64,000 nt of DNA from Raillietiella orientalis. Lineage: Eukaryota. Made by a program: the position numbers and the translations under genes. The notes beneath the pieces were generated by a model. That model was not told where the DNA came from and did not search any database. It saw only the letters and a program-made list of their open reading frames with translations. The stretch's first letter is position 1; every line of letters starts with the position of its first letter. The stretch is from assembly GCA_036172245.1 (NCBI GenBank), contig JAYWIR010000047.1, forward strand, positions 248,001 to 312,000. The letters run 5' to 3'. Of this stretch, positions 13,055 through 26,490 are shown piece after piece.

Positions 13055-13871
13055 GTCGGAGGCTTTGTGGTTAAAGGTTTCCGCGCGTAGCGCCATGCGT
13101 CGTGGGTACGAATACTCCGGCAGAAACTGACGCCACTGCGTCGTTGGGTTCCGAGTTTCTCCTGCAATGGCGCTGGTTGGCCTAATCATTCGGGAGTGGC
13201 ACCGGCGGTAGATAAAGCCGGAGACCCCCGATGAAGGTCGGAACAATGGGAGTCGACCTTCGGGTCCTTACAGGAATCAAGCAGTGGGGAGTTCTTCCTC
13301 CGGTCGTGCAACGGACAGCGGACCACCCACACGGGGGATCCCTCCGGTTTCAAGATGGAGCAGGAGCCTTCACAGGCACCTCTCCAGTTGTTCAAAGGAG
13401 CGGACCCTCCCCGTTGCGGGGGGACCCTCCGAGTCGTCGCCTCTTCACAGAGTGCAAGGAAAGAAGCGAGAGCGATTCCCTGCGGGAAGCTGCAGCGCCC
13501 CTTCTGAGTTTCGGAAACATCCCTTCGGGGTTCTCTTCAGAGGATTGAACAGGAGCTGTTCCCTTTCGGGGTCCCTCCGGAGAAGATGAAATGGAGACGA
13601 TCATCCCCCTCCCGGGGGGTCCCTCCGGAGAGAATGAAAAGAAGATTCCCTTCGGAGACAACCGGGGTGGGAGATGCGATCCCTCCCCAAGCGTGAGAGG
13701 AACGGACTCCGAGCCTTCCTGGATTCATAGGGCAGACCCCCTTCCGGGGTGCCCCCTATCTTGAAGAACACGCACCCTCCGCGGGTGGCGTGGAACAGTG
13801 TTAAAGAGCCACATGCGCCGCGAGGCACGCGACCCTCTCTTAAGGTACTTAGCGCACCAAAAAAAAGAAAA
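13055..13871 (+). mobile_element. tRNA-headed SINE-like element, copy S1 (near full length)
   Basis: Degenerate tRNA-like head (GTGGGTACGAATAC), second B-box-like GGGTTCCGAG, body colinear with copies S3-S7, internal CCCTCCGGAGA repeats, tail GCACCA followed by an A-rich run. Confidence 0.75.
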
Positions 13872-14119
13872 CCTGAAAAACCACCATGCTGATAGCAACA
13901 CGCGTGCGTGAGGTTATCGTAACAGTGGGAGGGAAGGGAGGGGAAGATGCCTTTTTTTGTAAATCAGATTTACCCTATTCTCGATAATCCGCACTTCAGA
14001 GTTGAGCATCCATTCGAAAATCCGTGAGCGTTCGGAATGCCCTGCCATTTCCCTTGTATGTGGAAAGCGAACCATCCTTAAGAGGCAGGTGAATATACTT
14101 GGAATATACTCCCCATCCG

Positions 14120-14220
14120 CATCTCTATCTACCGATCTACCTATCCGTCTATTTCTACCTGTCCACATTTACCCATCCATCTCTGTCCATCAACTATCCA
14201 TTTATATCTGGCTATCTGTA
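14120..14220. repeat. Degenerate (CTAT/CCAT)n microsatellite
   Basis: atctctatctaccgatctacctatccgtctat...ccatccatctctgtccatc. Confidence 0.6.
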
Positions 14221-14319
14221 TGATTCAACGTTGCATCAAGAAGAGTGCAGTAAGGCAGGGGCGTCTGATGAAAAGAACACTGATGTTTCAGTGGGCAGAG
14301 GAATTACACGTTCTGACTG

Positions 14320-14950
14320 CAGCAAAGAAAACACGAGTAGTGATGCCTGAAACCGGTGTGGGACGAACCGGACGAACAACCATGGGGATCACTGCAAACA
14401 CCTATGACAACCAGATTTTCGATCCGCTTCCTGAAATGCTTCTTCATAAAGCGCATTCGGTTGGTTCGCGGATAAGGGCAATGCCTACGACAGATAAAAG
14501 GTAAAATCAATGACGAATGAATTTTCAAGGATGAGCATGGTTTCCATTAATGCAGGACACAGCGTCCATCGCCTAGTTATCTGAAAGCAACGTAACAAAA
14601 GGGTTGGATACAATGATGGAAACAGGAGGGCTAAGTGAGAGATTTCGGCGCCACGGGTTTCTTGGCTGCGCGGCCGAGACCACGGGAGGATCGCGTTCGT
14701 TTCTGAACTCGGCTGCAGTGCGAAGGCACAAAGCTACGTGCGCCGCGGGCCGAGGCCACCCATCACGCCAGCGTGCTGCTGGTGCAAATCCTTTGCCTCC
14801 GGAATCCCATGCCGTCTTTTCAGATTCCATCTGATTTTTATTAACTTCTTCCGTGAGTAATCCGATGGCGCATTGATGAAGCGGTATCCCTTCGCAAGCG
14901 ACTCCAGTGCCCGTCGACGTGTCAGATGCCCAGACTTTATTGCAACAGGC
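14320..14950 (-). mobile_element. Possible very degraded Ty3/Gypsy integrase remnant
   Basis: Across shifting frames and in the expected order: DLHQQHAGV, GWP, PRNPWRR, TLLSDN, PYPRTN and RPTPVSG, resembling integrase H..HxG, WP, P..PW, SDN, PxxPxxN and R.TP motifs. Many stops and frameshifts. Confidence 0.35.
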
Positions 14951-16815
14951 ACGCGAGCTTTCATTCCCTGTAGTCCGCGTGTGGCACCACAGATGCGAAC
15001 CACCGGGAATTACTGGTGTATCCTATCGATGCCTGTGTGAACGGTCGTTCGATTCCGTGCTCAAGGTCAGGTTGATGTGCTTGCTGGTGGGCGATGGACC
15101 AGCCTCAGGGAACCCGCGACTCCAGGGCCTCAAATGGCTCACAGTGCATTCTTATGCGACCCTCGAGACTGAAGTTGTTTACCCATCTCGGTGCACAGAC
15201 CAGGACTGCGTGACCAAACCGAGAAGCTAGCAGCTGGGGGGGGTTTCAATTCTTGGTGCAGTCTTTTTGAGTCCCTTCTATAATTTGTTGTTTGCCTTTT
15301 ACGAATGTGGTTGGTGTTTGGCAAAAGAAACTTGTTTTTCCATCTATTTTGCTGCAGAAAACTTCTTCTGTCTCATTTACTCATTTCTCCTTGACCTTCC
15401 CCAGCACTTGATTTCGAATGAGAGGATTTATCCAATAGCTGTGCAGGTGAAACTCCAATTCGTAAAATGCAAAAAGAAACAAAATGTGGATGAATTCAGA
15501 TATTGTGAATTTTAAATCCAAGAAAATGGCGTTCGCTGCAAATAAAATGTGCCCCGCGGCGCCATTTCTTGAATGGCGCAAGTCCCGTTGCAGCACAAAA
15601 AAAAGTTTTCCCGTGGCTGTGCCGAACAAGGCGAAGTATTCGGGGAGGGTCTTCGTGCCCGCCTTCCTGCGTCATCCGGGTGCTCCATACCTGCTCCGAT
15701 AGATGGCGAAGGGGGAAATTTCTATCTCCTCCGAGAGCCGGATTGTGGCTTCGTCTTCCAGCAACGAAGGAGTGCGGAACCAACAGCCTCCTTTGACCTG
15801 TAGACATCCGTTCCGAGATGGAGCGCACCCAGCATGCTGAAGAACACGACTGTCTCCGAAGTGCCACGAACACCGAGCGCGCAGCAGCTGCTCCCCATAT
15901 TTCTGTCATCTGAGGTCTTCTGGAGAGTTTCGCTCCTAAAATGATCTGTTTCCTGCGCGGTGGTCACCGACGGGTAGATCCTCTGATTCCCGAATCTTTC
16001 CTTCCATATTTTCCTTACCTCTTTTCCTCTTTTTCCAGTTTCTTGGTGAGTTTCGGTCTCTAATCATCCGAACTGGATTTCTGGAACGTTCGATTGCGCT
16101 TTCCAACGGTCGTCTAATCAGCTGCCGCAGATCTAGGGAGCGGCTCTTTCCCAGCATCCCGAGTGCGTTCCATCTCGGAATGGACGCTTACAGGTTCTTC
16201 ACGCTCAGGCAGAAGACTCCGGAGCAATCCTCGAGGATGTCCTCCTGTCCGGGAAGGCTGTCTCCATCCGCATCCGTCCGCGCCTTAGGGCCAATGGCAG
16301 GTGTGAGGGAAATTAGACCTGTGGCTTTGTTCTCAGGAGAGGAGGCGCCTAAAGATGCGAGAGAGTCTACTGTTCTTCGAAGTTCATTTCCTCCTTCCCC
16401 ATCGCTCTCGTCGTTCCTAGACAATTCCCAGTCCCCATTCATGCTTTTCGGGAGGAAATGCAGAAGCTGGCGCAACTGGAGGAATCATCTCCTCATTCTG
16501 CCATCCTCTCTGCCAAATTCGATTCCTTGCTGGGTTCGGCCCTATTTGTTTAGCGAGTGTCTAACGGGCGCATCGTCGAATCCTCCCTCTCCTTCACCGG
16601 GAGCAAGGTACATCCTTCGATCACGTTCATTCTCCACAGGAGATCCGACCCACTCCTAAGGAAGCTCTTTCACGAGGCCTTGGAAAATCTAGGGGATGCT
16701 GGAGATGTCACTCCCTGAGCAGCGGACCGGGAAGCGTTTCTGCGACCTGCGACGCCGAAGCCGGCCAGGTCACGCTGTTCAGGTGGGGGAACGCTCGGCG
16801 TCCCCAAAGAGAGAT

Positions 16816-19050
16816 TTCTCACCCGGTCACGCCGGGGCGTTTATTCCATATAACATAACCAAAAAAAGCAATTATACAAAATAAACCAGTTGGGAACCAA
16901 ACTCCCAACCGACGACTGAACAAGAATGAAGAGAATATTGCTGGCACGCAGGCCAGAGTAACAGTTTCTTGAACGGTGTGGGGGGGCGGGAAACACAAAG
17001 AAACCAAAATAAAATAAGAACAATAAATAAGGAGGACGGGATAAGGGTCTTTGGGATCGCTCTGGAAGACACGGGGATAAAAGCATGGGCACCGGAAATT
17101 TTACCGAGCGAATGGTGACGGGGTATGGGTGGGCGAGAGGTCGCAGGGGTCACCGGATTACGCCGTTCTCAAAGGTCTGTAAACCGGCGATGTATGCCGC
17201 TGATGTCCTCATTCACCTTGTCACGAAGATGAGACCACCTTGAAGCCTTCTCCATGAATTGAGCTGCAAGCAGGTGAGCCTCCTTTCGCTGCGCTGACAA
17301 CTCCAGGGCGTAGCGGGCCTTCACGATGGCGCGAACGCAACACATGGTTGCGACAATCGCGCCAACCGAAAGTCCATTTCTGCTGAAGAAGCGCCGCAGC
17401 ACATCAATGGCAGTGCCTCCTTGTGGCATGATGGCCGAAGTGAGCCTTCGCCACAGTTCCCGGAGGTCACCGCAGTCCAGCAAAAGGTGCGGAAAAGACT
17501 CGATCTCTCCGCACCTTAAACAGTTTGGCAAAGCAGCTCCCCCGGAAACGATGCTTCGCTGCCTATTACAGTGTAATGCACAATGTAAAAAGAGCATCAC
17601 ATCTTGTTTCCACTTTAGGGGGAACACGGAGCTGTCCAAACAAACGGGGGGAACCACTATCTCTCCGGGGGGCACACTTAAATGTTCGCTCCACCGAAGC
17701 AGGCCCTTCGCCCGATTCCGAGGTGTGGCGGCTTGCACCAGCTCCTTTGTCGTCCAGCTGCCGAGGAGCTTACTGACTCCCGCTATTGTGCAGGAGAACT
17801 CCTATTTCGCCGGTAGGCAACCGTCGTTGCTTGCCCTGAGGGCAGACAGCGCTGCGGCGAGTGGTGTGGCGGCCAGACGATCCGACAACTTCTTGTCCTG
17901 CATGACTTCGTCCATTTGATGACTGAGGAGAAGTCGCAGGCGTCGAAGATCTTCCGGGCGCGTTCCTTCGGAAGCTGCCCACGATGAAAAAGATTCCTGC
18001 CGCCATGCATTAATGTTCATGGGGCGGCAGGAGATCCAGCTTCGGGCTTCCAGCAGTGAGGACAGCTGCCTCAGCGGGAAGCCAAACCCTATTCTGGTGT
18101 GCCGAAAGTGGGGTAGCAACGAAAGCAGTCCCTCGCTTCCCGTGCAGCGCCTCAGTATAAGGCGTGCGGGTAAGCACCACGGCGTACACCACAGCTTGGC
18201 ACAGAGCCGCAGCATGCGAAACTGCACCTGCAGTTCGATGCTGTTTAAGTCGAGGATGCCCAAGCCTGCATCCTGACGCGGCGCCACCAAGTCTTTAAGT
18301 CTAACACGGGATCTTGCAGCGCCCCACAACGCTTTGCGTAGAAGGCGCTGCGCCCAGACTTTGACTTCCTGGGGGGGTGGACAAACAAAAAAACAGAGGG
18401 CGGAGGAGGGGGGCAACGAAGGTGTTCCAGATGCAGGTCCGTTCCGGCAAGACGAACTCGCCTCCTGAAAACGGGCCAAGTGCACGCTCTGCCTTCCGAA
18501 GGCAGTCCGACCACGCTTCTGAGATGCAGAAGTCGCCCAACGGCACGCCAAGGTACCTGAGGTACCTGCCCGTGGGGATCCCCAGGTCGATCCAGTCGGA
18601 CTGCCCCTCCCACGTCGCACCCACCGGAACAACCATACACTTACTCCTGTTAATGCTCACGCCCGCACCGCGACGAATCAACTCAAAGAAGTCTTCAAGC
18701 GATGTCGCCGGGGTGGACATGGGCAACAGGAGAAGCAGGTCGTCGGCATAGGCTGCCACGGCCGGCGTACCTGGACAGGAGCTTGGCAGGTTGGCTAGCG
18801 TCAGCCTGTAAGCCTCCAGCACCAATTCAGAATAGATGCTGAAGAGCAGTGGGCTTAAGCTGTCACCCTGCCTAATTCCTCGTCGTACCGGCACGCCGTA
18901 CACGCGACAGCCACTGAAAACAATGGATGTAATCGCGTGGCGCCTGCAGGAGCGCAAGTACGCCAACAGGGATGCCGGAAGACCCAGACGTTCCAAAAGC
19001 TCAAGAAGAAGCTTTTGGTTCACGCAATCGAAAGCTTTGTGCAGATCGAC
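16816..19050 (-). mobile_element. 5'-truncated L1/Tx1-like LINE (copy A): RT domains 3-7, C-terminal zinc knuckle and 3' UTR, with 15-bp TSD
   Basis: VDLHKAFD, GIRQGDSLSP, AYADD, INRSK, RYLGVP and CLRCGEIESFPHLLLDC spread over three frames (two frameshifts). Perfect flanking duplication TCCCCAAAGAGAGAT at 16801-16815 and 19051-19065. Confidence 0.93.
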
Positions 19051-20832
19051 TCCCCAAAGAGAGATCGCACTCCTCCGGCGTGGTGACTCTCTTCGCTACC
19101 GCGAAGGGCACGCCACTGTGAAAAACAGCGCCCTGCTGAGGGGGCGAGGGGGGCCCTGCACCTGGTCGATTGTTTCAGCACATCGCCGCAGCTGCTCCAA
19201 CACTGCTGGAAGCAGCGCTGGCGAAGTGCACCGTGTCATCGGAAGATCATATGCACTTCTTCCTCTTTTCTTTTTCTTCTTAAACAACCAAGCAACCAAT
19301 AAACAAGCGAGTAGTTTTGAGTGAAGGTCACTAGAGGGCACCCTCAAATGGTGCGGAAGAGTCCTCTGCCTGGTGCCAAAGGGGGCGAAACATCGGGAAC
19401 ACATTGTCACGTAATTCACGTGACTCGAGAGCTCCAGGAGAGTCTAAGAAGTTCTCCACGGGAAGGGAAAGGGAAGGGAAACCAAAGTTTGCGCGCGCAC
19501 GGGATTGAAGGCAAAAAACCCTCCTGCGGCATCCCGAAATCTTCTTGCCCGAGGTCCGTTGTCCGGAACCCCTCCGGCGACCGATCTCGGAGAGTTGACA
19601 GCACGGCTCGTTTCCCGATGAGACCTTCCGCTGACCGGAGACATGGGCTTGCCCCCCGGAAGATCCTGCTGGACGTTTCCCTCGCGCCCTCCTCACGCAC
19701 TAACGCCTCTTAATCACGACCCTGGAGCAAAGGCGCAGGCGTCTCCGAGCAGCAATCAGGTCAGGGGATGTCTGGAAGGGACGCAGCGAGGAATTTGCAA
19801 GCCGGAAAGCGAAGAAGCGGGGAAGCAATGAGATTCTAGGGAAGGCGGGGAGCAGCGTCCTTGAACCGACCGGCTGAGCGGAGCATCAAGGGCACGCGCC
19901 GGTCATCTGCCTCTCGTCTCCCTGCTCCGGTGAAGAGAAAAGGTCTTCCTTTCTGGAACATGCTTCCCCCCACGCGGACCAATTCTTCCGGTCTTCCTTG
20001 GAACTTTGACGAGCAAAGACTTGACCGATGGTGAGTAATCCTGCGCCAGGTGCGCTCTTGCGTCATCCTTCAGCAAACTGGGTGCGGATGGTGGCCTGCA
20101 ACAGGTTTTGGTGTTCGACTGGATTCAAAAGATCTCGATTTGTCATCGAGATCGTCGGAGCTTGGTCTGGATCTATTTTTATCGATCTTCAATTTTGTAA
20201 ATTCCTAGCGGAAAATGCCCCGGGTACGTTGAACTAGGAGGAAGATCTAGCTGCTCTCGAAATCATGGCAAAGGGTCCCCAGGTCCCAGTTTTCAGAGTC
20301 TCATTCCGCAAGGCGGGGTTGCTGCCATTCCCAGCCATCCCATTCTGCACGCTGATTCATATTAAAATTCAGGGCAAGCGAAAACAAAGGTCCATCAGTA
20401 CGGATGCTGGGAATATGAGAAGGGACCGAATTTGGTGGAACAGGATCGGCTGCCTCGAAGACATCGAAGTTTCTTTTTTTCCGTCTCTATCTTGGAAGTG
20501 ACCTCAAGCACAGCTGGAAAAAGGTTCTCACTTAAAGCAGAGCTCAGCCTTCTTGAAAGCGCCTGTTATCCCTCGTCGTCTGGAAACCCCAAGGATTCGG
20601 AACTTCAAAGAATCTCTTCGACTCTGCTCTGGATCGAATCCAGCTCCCCAGAGATCTAAGAGGATCCAGGAGTGTGAGAATCCATCCAGGACGTGCACAG
20701 AATGGAGTCAAACAGGGAGAGAGAGTCGCACGTTCTGGGTTGCCGGAGCAACGTGACCATGCAAGCACGAAAGGCAGGGAGCACCAGCAAGAAGACTCTC
20801 TTCCGTCAACGAGGCGCGAGGGTGCGCTCAGA

Positions 20833-22035
20833 TTTGCACCCGGTGGCTCCGGGGCGTTATTTTACAAACACAAGATGAACCTACAAGTTGGAAAATGCAC
20901 CGTCGAAACGGCGATTTCTTTATAAGAAAAAGGTCCAAAGGAAGTTCAAGGGGAGGCTTCAGCGACAAGCTCGACCGGTTTCCTGAACATCCGGAGCGGG
21001 GAGATAGGGACAAAAAACAAAAATAAATTGGTGGGCCGGGGCAGGGTCTTTGGCTTTTCCCATTCCTTCATGAGACATCGGGAAAGGTAGGAAGCGGGCG
21101 GGAGTGAGCAATGAACAATTGTATAAAAAAGGATGGAGAGCCAAGGGTCACCGGCAATGTCCGTTCCTTCCTTTCAGAAGCGGCGCACGGTATCGGTGAT
21201 CTCCTCCTCGACTTCCTTGTCTAGGTGAGACCACCTGGAAGCCGCCCTCATGTAGCAGCCTCCCTTATGGCTGCAATGGTGACAGCCTCCATTTGCTGCG
21301 CCCAAGACTCCAGAGATTGACTGGCCGCAACGATGGCACGGGTGCAACAGTTCGTTGCCATCACGGCGTTTGTCGTGGCTCCACCTCTCGCCAAGAACCT
21401 CCGCAGCAAGTCCGTCGCAGTGTCTCCGGCGTGCAGGAGTGCTGAAGCCAGCCAGCCCCGCCAAAGTTCCTGGAGGGCACTCCAGTCCAGCATGAGGTGT
21501 AGGAACGATTCAGTCGCCCTCGAACGGTTCGGAGACACGACGCCCACGAAAATCCGGTTTCTTCTCTGGTTGCACCGAAAACCCCAATGCAGAAGCAGCA
21601 GGATGTCCTGCTTCCAATTAGGCGGGAACACGGAAGTGTTTAGGCACAGAGGAGGGTCAGCAAGTTCGTCGGAGGCCACTCTGAGAAGCTCGCTCAATCG
21701 AAGCAGTCCCTTCGTCCTGCGGCGTGGAGTGGAGGAGGCCGCCAGCTCACTCGCCCTTTCCAGCCGCCCAGCAGTTTCGTTCCTCCTGCAAAGACTCAGG
21801 ACAACTCCCACCTCGCCGATAGACAACTGTCGTCACTTGCCCTCAAGACAGGCAGCGCTCAGAGGGTACGGCACGCGGGGGATGCACACGGATCGCGCGC
21901 AGCGTCAATTCACGAAGCAAACCATCCGGCTGCTGAAGCGCTCCAGCTGATTCTTGAAGAGGAAGCCGGGAAGCAAAACTGGTGCGGCTGTAGCGTCATG
22001 GGCAACGGGCCTTAAGACGGGCGCGTCGCCACCAG
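20833..22035 (-). mobile_element. L1/Tx1-like LINE 3' fragment (copy B)
   Basis: ORF 21248-21826 aligns with the copy A C-terminus (SVFPPNWKQD, ESFLHLMLD, LLRRF). Terminal hairpin at 20839-20853. 5' end approximate. Confidence 0.85.
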
Positions 22036-22084
22036 GGGTGCTGTGTGATGTCGGATTTCAAGCAGAATCCTCAGGGAATAGACC

Positions 22085-22170
22085 CTTTACTTTTTTTTCT
22101 TTTTTCTTTTTTTAATTGTCTGAACGTCAGCAGCAACCTCAAGAAGCATTCCTACTACAGGCCTAAAATG
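22085..22170 (-). repeat. Short interspersed repeat end with poly(A) on the minus strand; second copy at about 40040-40110
   Basis: T-run plus TCAGCAGCAACCTCAAG...CCTACTACAGGCCT here, versus T-run plus TCAGTAGCGACCTCAAG...CCTACTACTGGCCT at 40040-40110. Confidence 0.55.
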
Positions 22171-22214
22171 GTGGGAATGCTTTGGGGCTCTCTTGTTCTC
22201 TCTGCTTACCTTTC

Positions 22215-23990
22215 AGCTTTTTTTTTTTTTCCTTTCGGTTCTCTAGGAGTGCCGAAGAGCAGTTCGCCTCCTTGAGAGGAACTCACGGAGCTCTTGGGCA
22301 CAGCCTGCACCACCCGAAGGTGAGTGTGAACTCTCCAAGTAATGGGTTCATCACCCGGTCACGCCAGGACGTTTATTATAGAAAAAAACATACATGTGTA
22401 GGGCCATCGGCCCTATATTGTCCGAACCTGCCGAGTGACCGGCACGCAGACCAGCGAGGTTCGCCTTGGCAGCGGAGGGGGAGGGAGCAAACAAGAATAA
22501 AAATAAAACAAAAAAGACTATACACACACAAAAATGAGAGGGTTAGGAAAGGTATTGCTGTCCGCCGGAGGGCGTCCTCTGCATTCTTTCCAGGATGCGG
22601 GCAAGTTCCATCTGAATATGCCCCAGGTGGGGCCATCTTTCTGCCGCCCGCAGGAAGCGAAGGGCGGTGGCAGATGGCGTCCTTGTCGCGCCGTCCTCCT
22701 CCAATGCTGCTCCAGACCTCCACAATCCTGTGTAGGCAGCAAAGAGCTGCTGGGGATGAGGCAGGCGAAAGGGCATCGCGCACGAAGAGGTGATTTGTCC
22801 CTGTGATTGTCCGTGAGTGCACCAAGGGCCGTTGCGAAACGCAACCACAGGAGCCGGGGGGCAATACAGTCTACAAGCAGATGAGGGAGGGATTTCCATT
22901 CCCCACACTTGCAGCAGTTTGGGTTCACTGCCCCCCGTGTCCAGTGAGAGCGGCGGGTGTTACACAGGAGGTCCTAGTGCAGCAGCAGAAGTGCTGACTC
23001 CTGCCACTATTCAGGGGGAAGGCCCGGCTGTTCTTCAGCGCTGGTGGTCACTCGAGGTCTTCCTGTGGGATTCCTTACAGCTCATACCAGCTCAATAGTC
23101 CTTTCAGTGGGGCACTTGGGGTCTCAGCGTCCGTGATCTGGCCCGTGGTACAAACACCTAATTCCTTCATCTTCTGGCTGATTTCGCAACTGACCTCCCA
23201 TTTGGCTAGCTGGTTACTGCCCAGGTGCTCCCTGAGGGAGAGCATGCTGCGGGCTAGGGAGGTTCTTTGCGCCCATGCACACGTGGTGGACTGCATGATG
23301 ACGTCCTCCAGCGGACGGTCGTTCTAGAAGGAGTGCAGCAGTCGCTGCCTAATCTCCGGGTTCACTTCGTTGTTCTTGGCCCATGTGCGAAGGCTTTCCT
23401 GCAACCAGGCACTGCCGTTCGAGGACCGGCAGGAAATCCAGTTGTTGGTTCTGGTCAGCTTGGCCACTCGCCGGAGCTCCAGCCCGCAGCGGGACACTCT
23501 GCTTCGGCGCCGCCGCGCCAGGAACGAAGACAGTCCAGCAGGTGGTTCGCGTGAGCAGGTATCGTGCAAGCTCGCACCAGTTCGTGCTCCAAAGCTTCGC
23601 AGCTAGGGCGAGTGTCCTCCACCGGAGCTGCCGCTCTATGCGCTCCAGAGTCAGGAGGCTGAGGACTCCGTCGCTACTCGGGACGCACAAGTCCTTCAGG
23701 CGGACTCGGGACCTCCCTGTGCCCCACAGGGAGATTCTGAAAAGGTCCTTTGTCCGCCATTCAATGAGAACAAAGTTCGAGTAATGGAGGTTAATGCCGG
23801 AAAAACCACCATATGAATCCGGGGAGGCTCCGGAGGAAAGAGTTCCTTCCACTCTCACGAGTCGGAGGGAACCCCTCGCCCTGGTTGTCTCCGAAGGGAA
23901 CGCTCCCTTACTTTCTCTGAAGAGTGTTCCCCGCAGGGAGCAGCCCTCCATTCCTCCCTCACTTCCCTTCTTACTGCGCACTCCCGAACC
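22215..23990 (-). mobile_element. SINE-like copy S2, split in two (22215-22345 and 23780-about 23990) by LINE copy C; tRNA head missing
   Basis: 22215-22345 matches the family tail; the family sequence resumes colinearly at 23780 (ATATGAATCCGGGGAGGCTCCGGAGG...). Confidence 0.75.
22350..23779 (-). mobile_element. L1/Tx1-like LINE 3' fragment (copy C)
   Basis: SRVRLKDLCVP...GVL, LWSTNWC and PNCCKCGEWKSLPHLLVDC. AATAAA plus terminal hairpin at 22354-22377. Flanking AGTAATGG at 22338-22345 and 23780-23787. Confidence 0.88.
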
Positions 23991-25754
23991 TTGAAATCCA
24001 TTCGTTTGCTTTCCTGGAGATCCCAGGGCGCCGCCGCCGCGGAAGCAGCGCACAATGGACGGGAGGAGCCGTCTCTGGAGGGCAGTAGTGCCAACTCTCA
24101 GCTGCTCCTGGATCTCCTGCCAGGAAGAGGCCCGTAGCACAGTTCCCCGGAGGGAGATGTCCTTTTCGGAGACACCTTGGAAGTATTCAGGCTGGCATGG
24201 GAGGGCAGGGACGGCAACTATCGCTACATCTCTTTTCTGGATGTCTTCCGAGGGGGTCATAACATCAGCGCGACCCTCGTGAGACCGCTGGGATCGGAGA
24301 GGGAAGGAGGAGGGAGCAGCAGCCAATGGCCGGGCACTTCGGGATCCAGAAATCCCTGAATCCTCTGCCAGCCGGATGAAGAAACTCACAATGTTCCTAG
24401 CATCAGATACAGCGGAAGCGCGTCTGCTGGAGGAGTCACCCGAGCTGGACTCCGGGCGGCCCGAGGGCCGAGCTTTGATCTCAAGGAGGGTTGGATGGGG
24501 GGGAAGATTCTCTCAGCAGGCTCAGAGCTTCCTGCAGTCCTCCGCGATGAGCCGGTGCCTCTCGGAGCTCCGGGAGGAAGGCGGGAGGAGAGTTCTCCGC
24601 CTGAGCGTTCAAGGACGGGCACTAGCATGGAATCTCCTCTTCCCAGAAACTCGACGGCGGGCTCGGGGAACCGAGATCCTACCGTCTCCCTCCCGGACCT
24701 CTCGAGCGGGATGCTTTCTCGGATCCTATCACGCGGATGATCGAATTCGGAGGGAGCGGGGTCGAGCCCTGAGGGCGAGCTCAGCCCGAGCAGCGGCACA
24801 GACCGCCAAACTGACCGCCAAACTCGCAGCCGGAAATGGGATGGGGAGGGGAGGGGGGTCGGCGGGGAGAGAAGCATCCGCATCCTGGCGCCTCCTCAGT
24901 CTCCGCGAAGGAAGGGGTCAGGCAATCCACGATGTGAAACCCCCGAACGCAGTCCCGGTGTGGCAAAGAGGACGGTGCGCGGACACCCGTTCGTCTCGGC
25001 TCCTCATGTCCCGGGGCTGTTCTCGAGACATGCGTCAAAGGGGGGGTTACTCTCTCCTCCCTTCCCTTCGGAGGACACCCCCGGACTGACTGAAGCCGAA
25101 GCCGAAGGCTCCCGGACTGCTCGCAGAATCGAATGAAAAAAAAAGTTTCGGTGGCTGATCACCAGGTGACTCGGCTTGCGTGCCGAGGGGCAAAAATGTC
25201 TACCTCCTCGCAAGGTTCTTTCTCGGCCCAAGGTGATGGAGACGACTTTGAGTTTGAGGACTCCTACCCCACCTCACCCACCGCCACTCTCATCGATGAC
25301 GTCAGTAATGCCCACGGCGATGACGGTGGTGACGATGACGAAGAGGAGTCACGATGACATCACGAGCTTCCCATGTGAAGTTCGCAGCTGCCGGGTCCAT
25401 TCCGATCGCGCACAAAAGAGGATGCATCTATAAGGGATATGCGCTCCCGGAATCATTGAGCCGCGAATTCTTCCCCCTCTCTCTCCCCTTCCTCGTCCTG
25501 GTTCCCCCAAAGGAAAGCGCGGACGTCGTGCTCCCCAGATGCGTGTTCGCTCGGCTCCATCCAGCGTCAGCCGGCAAGCACCCCCATCCCCCGGCACTTC
25601 GACAGTTCATGAATCATGCATCGCGGCACACGGATCTTCCTTCCTCCCAGCATCCTTGGGAAGTCAACCACGGTCACGCGTGCGTGAACGCACGCACAAG
25701 CTTGCGCGGGCGTGCTGGCAGGCAGCCTGCCACGCATGAGGATGGGGGTGGCCT

Positions 25755-26490
25755 TCTTTCCCTTTATGGTTCGCCAAGTGCTGAAGAACCGTCTGCCTCC
25801 TCGAGGAGGAAGAGGCAGGGAGGAGGAAGGAGGCTGAAGGAGCTCTTCGACGCTGTCCACGCCATCAGAGGGTGCGTGTCAACTCTTCAAATTATAGGGG
25901 ATGACCCCGGAGGGGCCACCTTGGGAATCCAGGTGGGTCTCCGGAGGAAGAAGTCCGTTCCTCTCTCACACTGAGGAGGAAACCTTGAAGGGAACCCTCG
26001 CCTGGTTGACTCCGAAGGGGACCCCTGGAAAGGGTCCCCTCCTTGTTTTCCTTCGCTGAAGAGCCCCGAAGGGACGCTCCCCATTTCCTCTGAAGGACGC
26101 TCCCCTAAAGAAGTCGCACTCTTCACATTCTAGAGAGTTATCAATTCACCATCTCCATGGTACGAGATGGAGGGTCCTCCTCAAATGGGTGGAAGGATGG
26201 CTCCGTTTGCACAACGGGAGGGGGGAACCTTAAAAGACTCCTTGATGTTCTGGAGGGACCTCGGAGGGGCAGCTTCCAATCCCGGCCAGTCAAAGGGGGC
26301 GTGCGCCCTCCACCGGTGCCGTACTTGGATAGGCCAACCAGAGCCATCTTGCGGGAGGACTCGAAGCCCACACGACGCACCCCCTTTCTCAACGCCGATA
26401 CTTCTTTGCCCCGGACGGGGTTAGAACCCGCGTCGGTCAGTGCCACGTTGGCAAAGGCGGCAGTCACGAACGCCATGCAGCGCGGGAGCT
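25755..26490 (-). mobile_element. tRNA-headed SINE-like element, copy S3 (full length)
   Basis: Head at 26408-26483 (TGGCGTTCGTGA A-box-like, GGTTCTAACCC B-box-like), second B-box-like motif, body repeats and tail all colinear with the other copies. Confidence 0.8.

Noticed and set aside
20131..20153. 9-bp perfect hairpin GATCTCGAT-ttgtc-ATCGAGATC
   Set aside because: Single occurrence with no context; compatible with chance in 64 kb.
23349..24389. 346-aa minus-strand ORF
   Set aside because: Chance read-through across unique DNA, SINE S2 and LINE C.
25133..25357. Short acidic ORF (DDFEFED...DDDEEES)
   Set aside because: Low complexity, with no splice or domain support.
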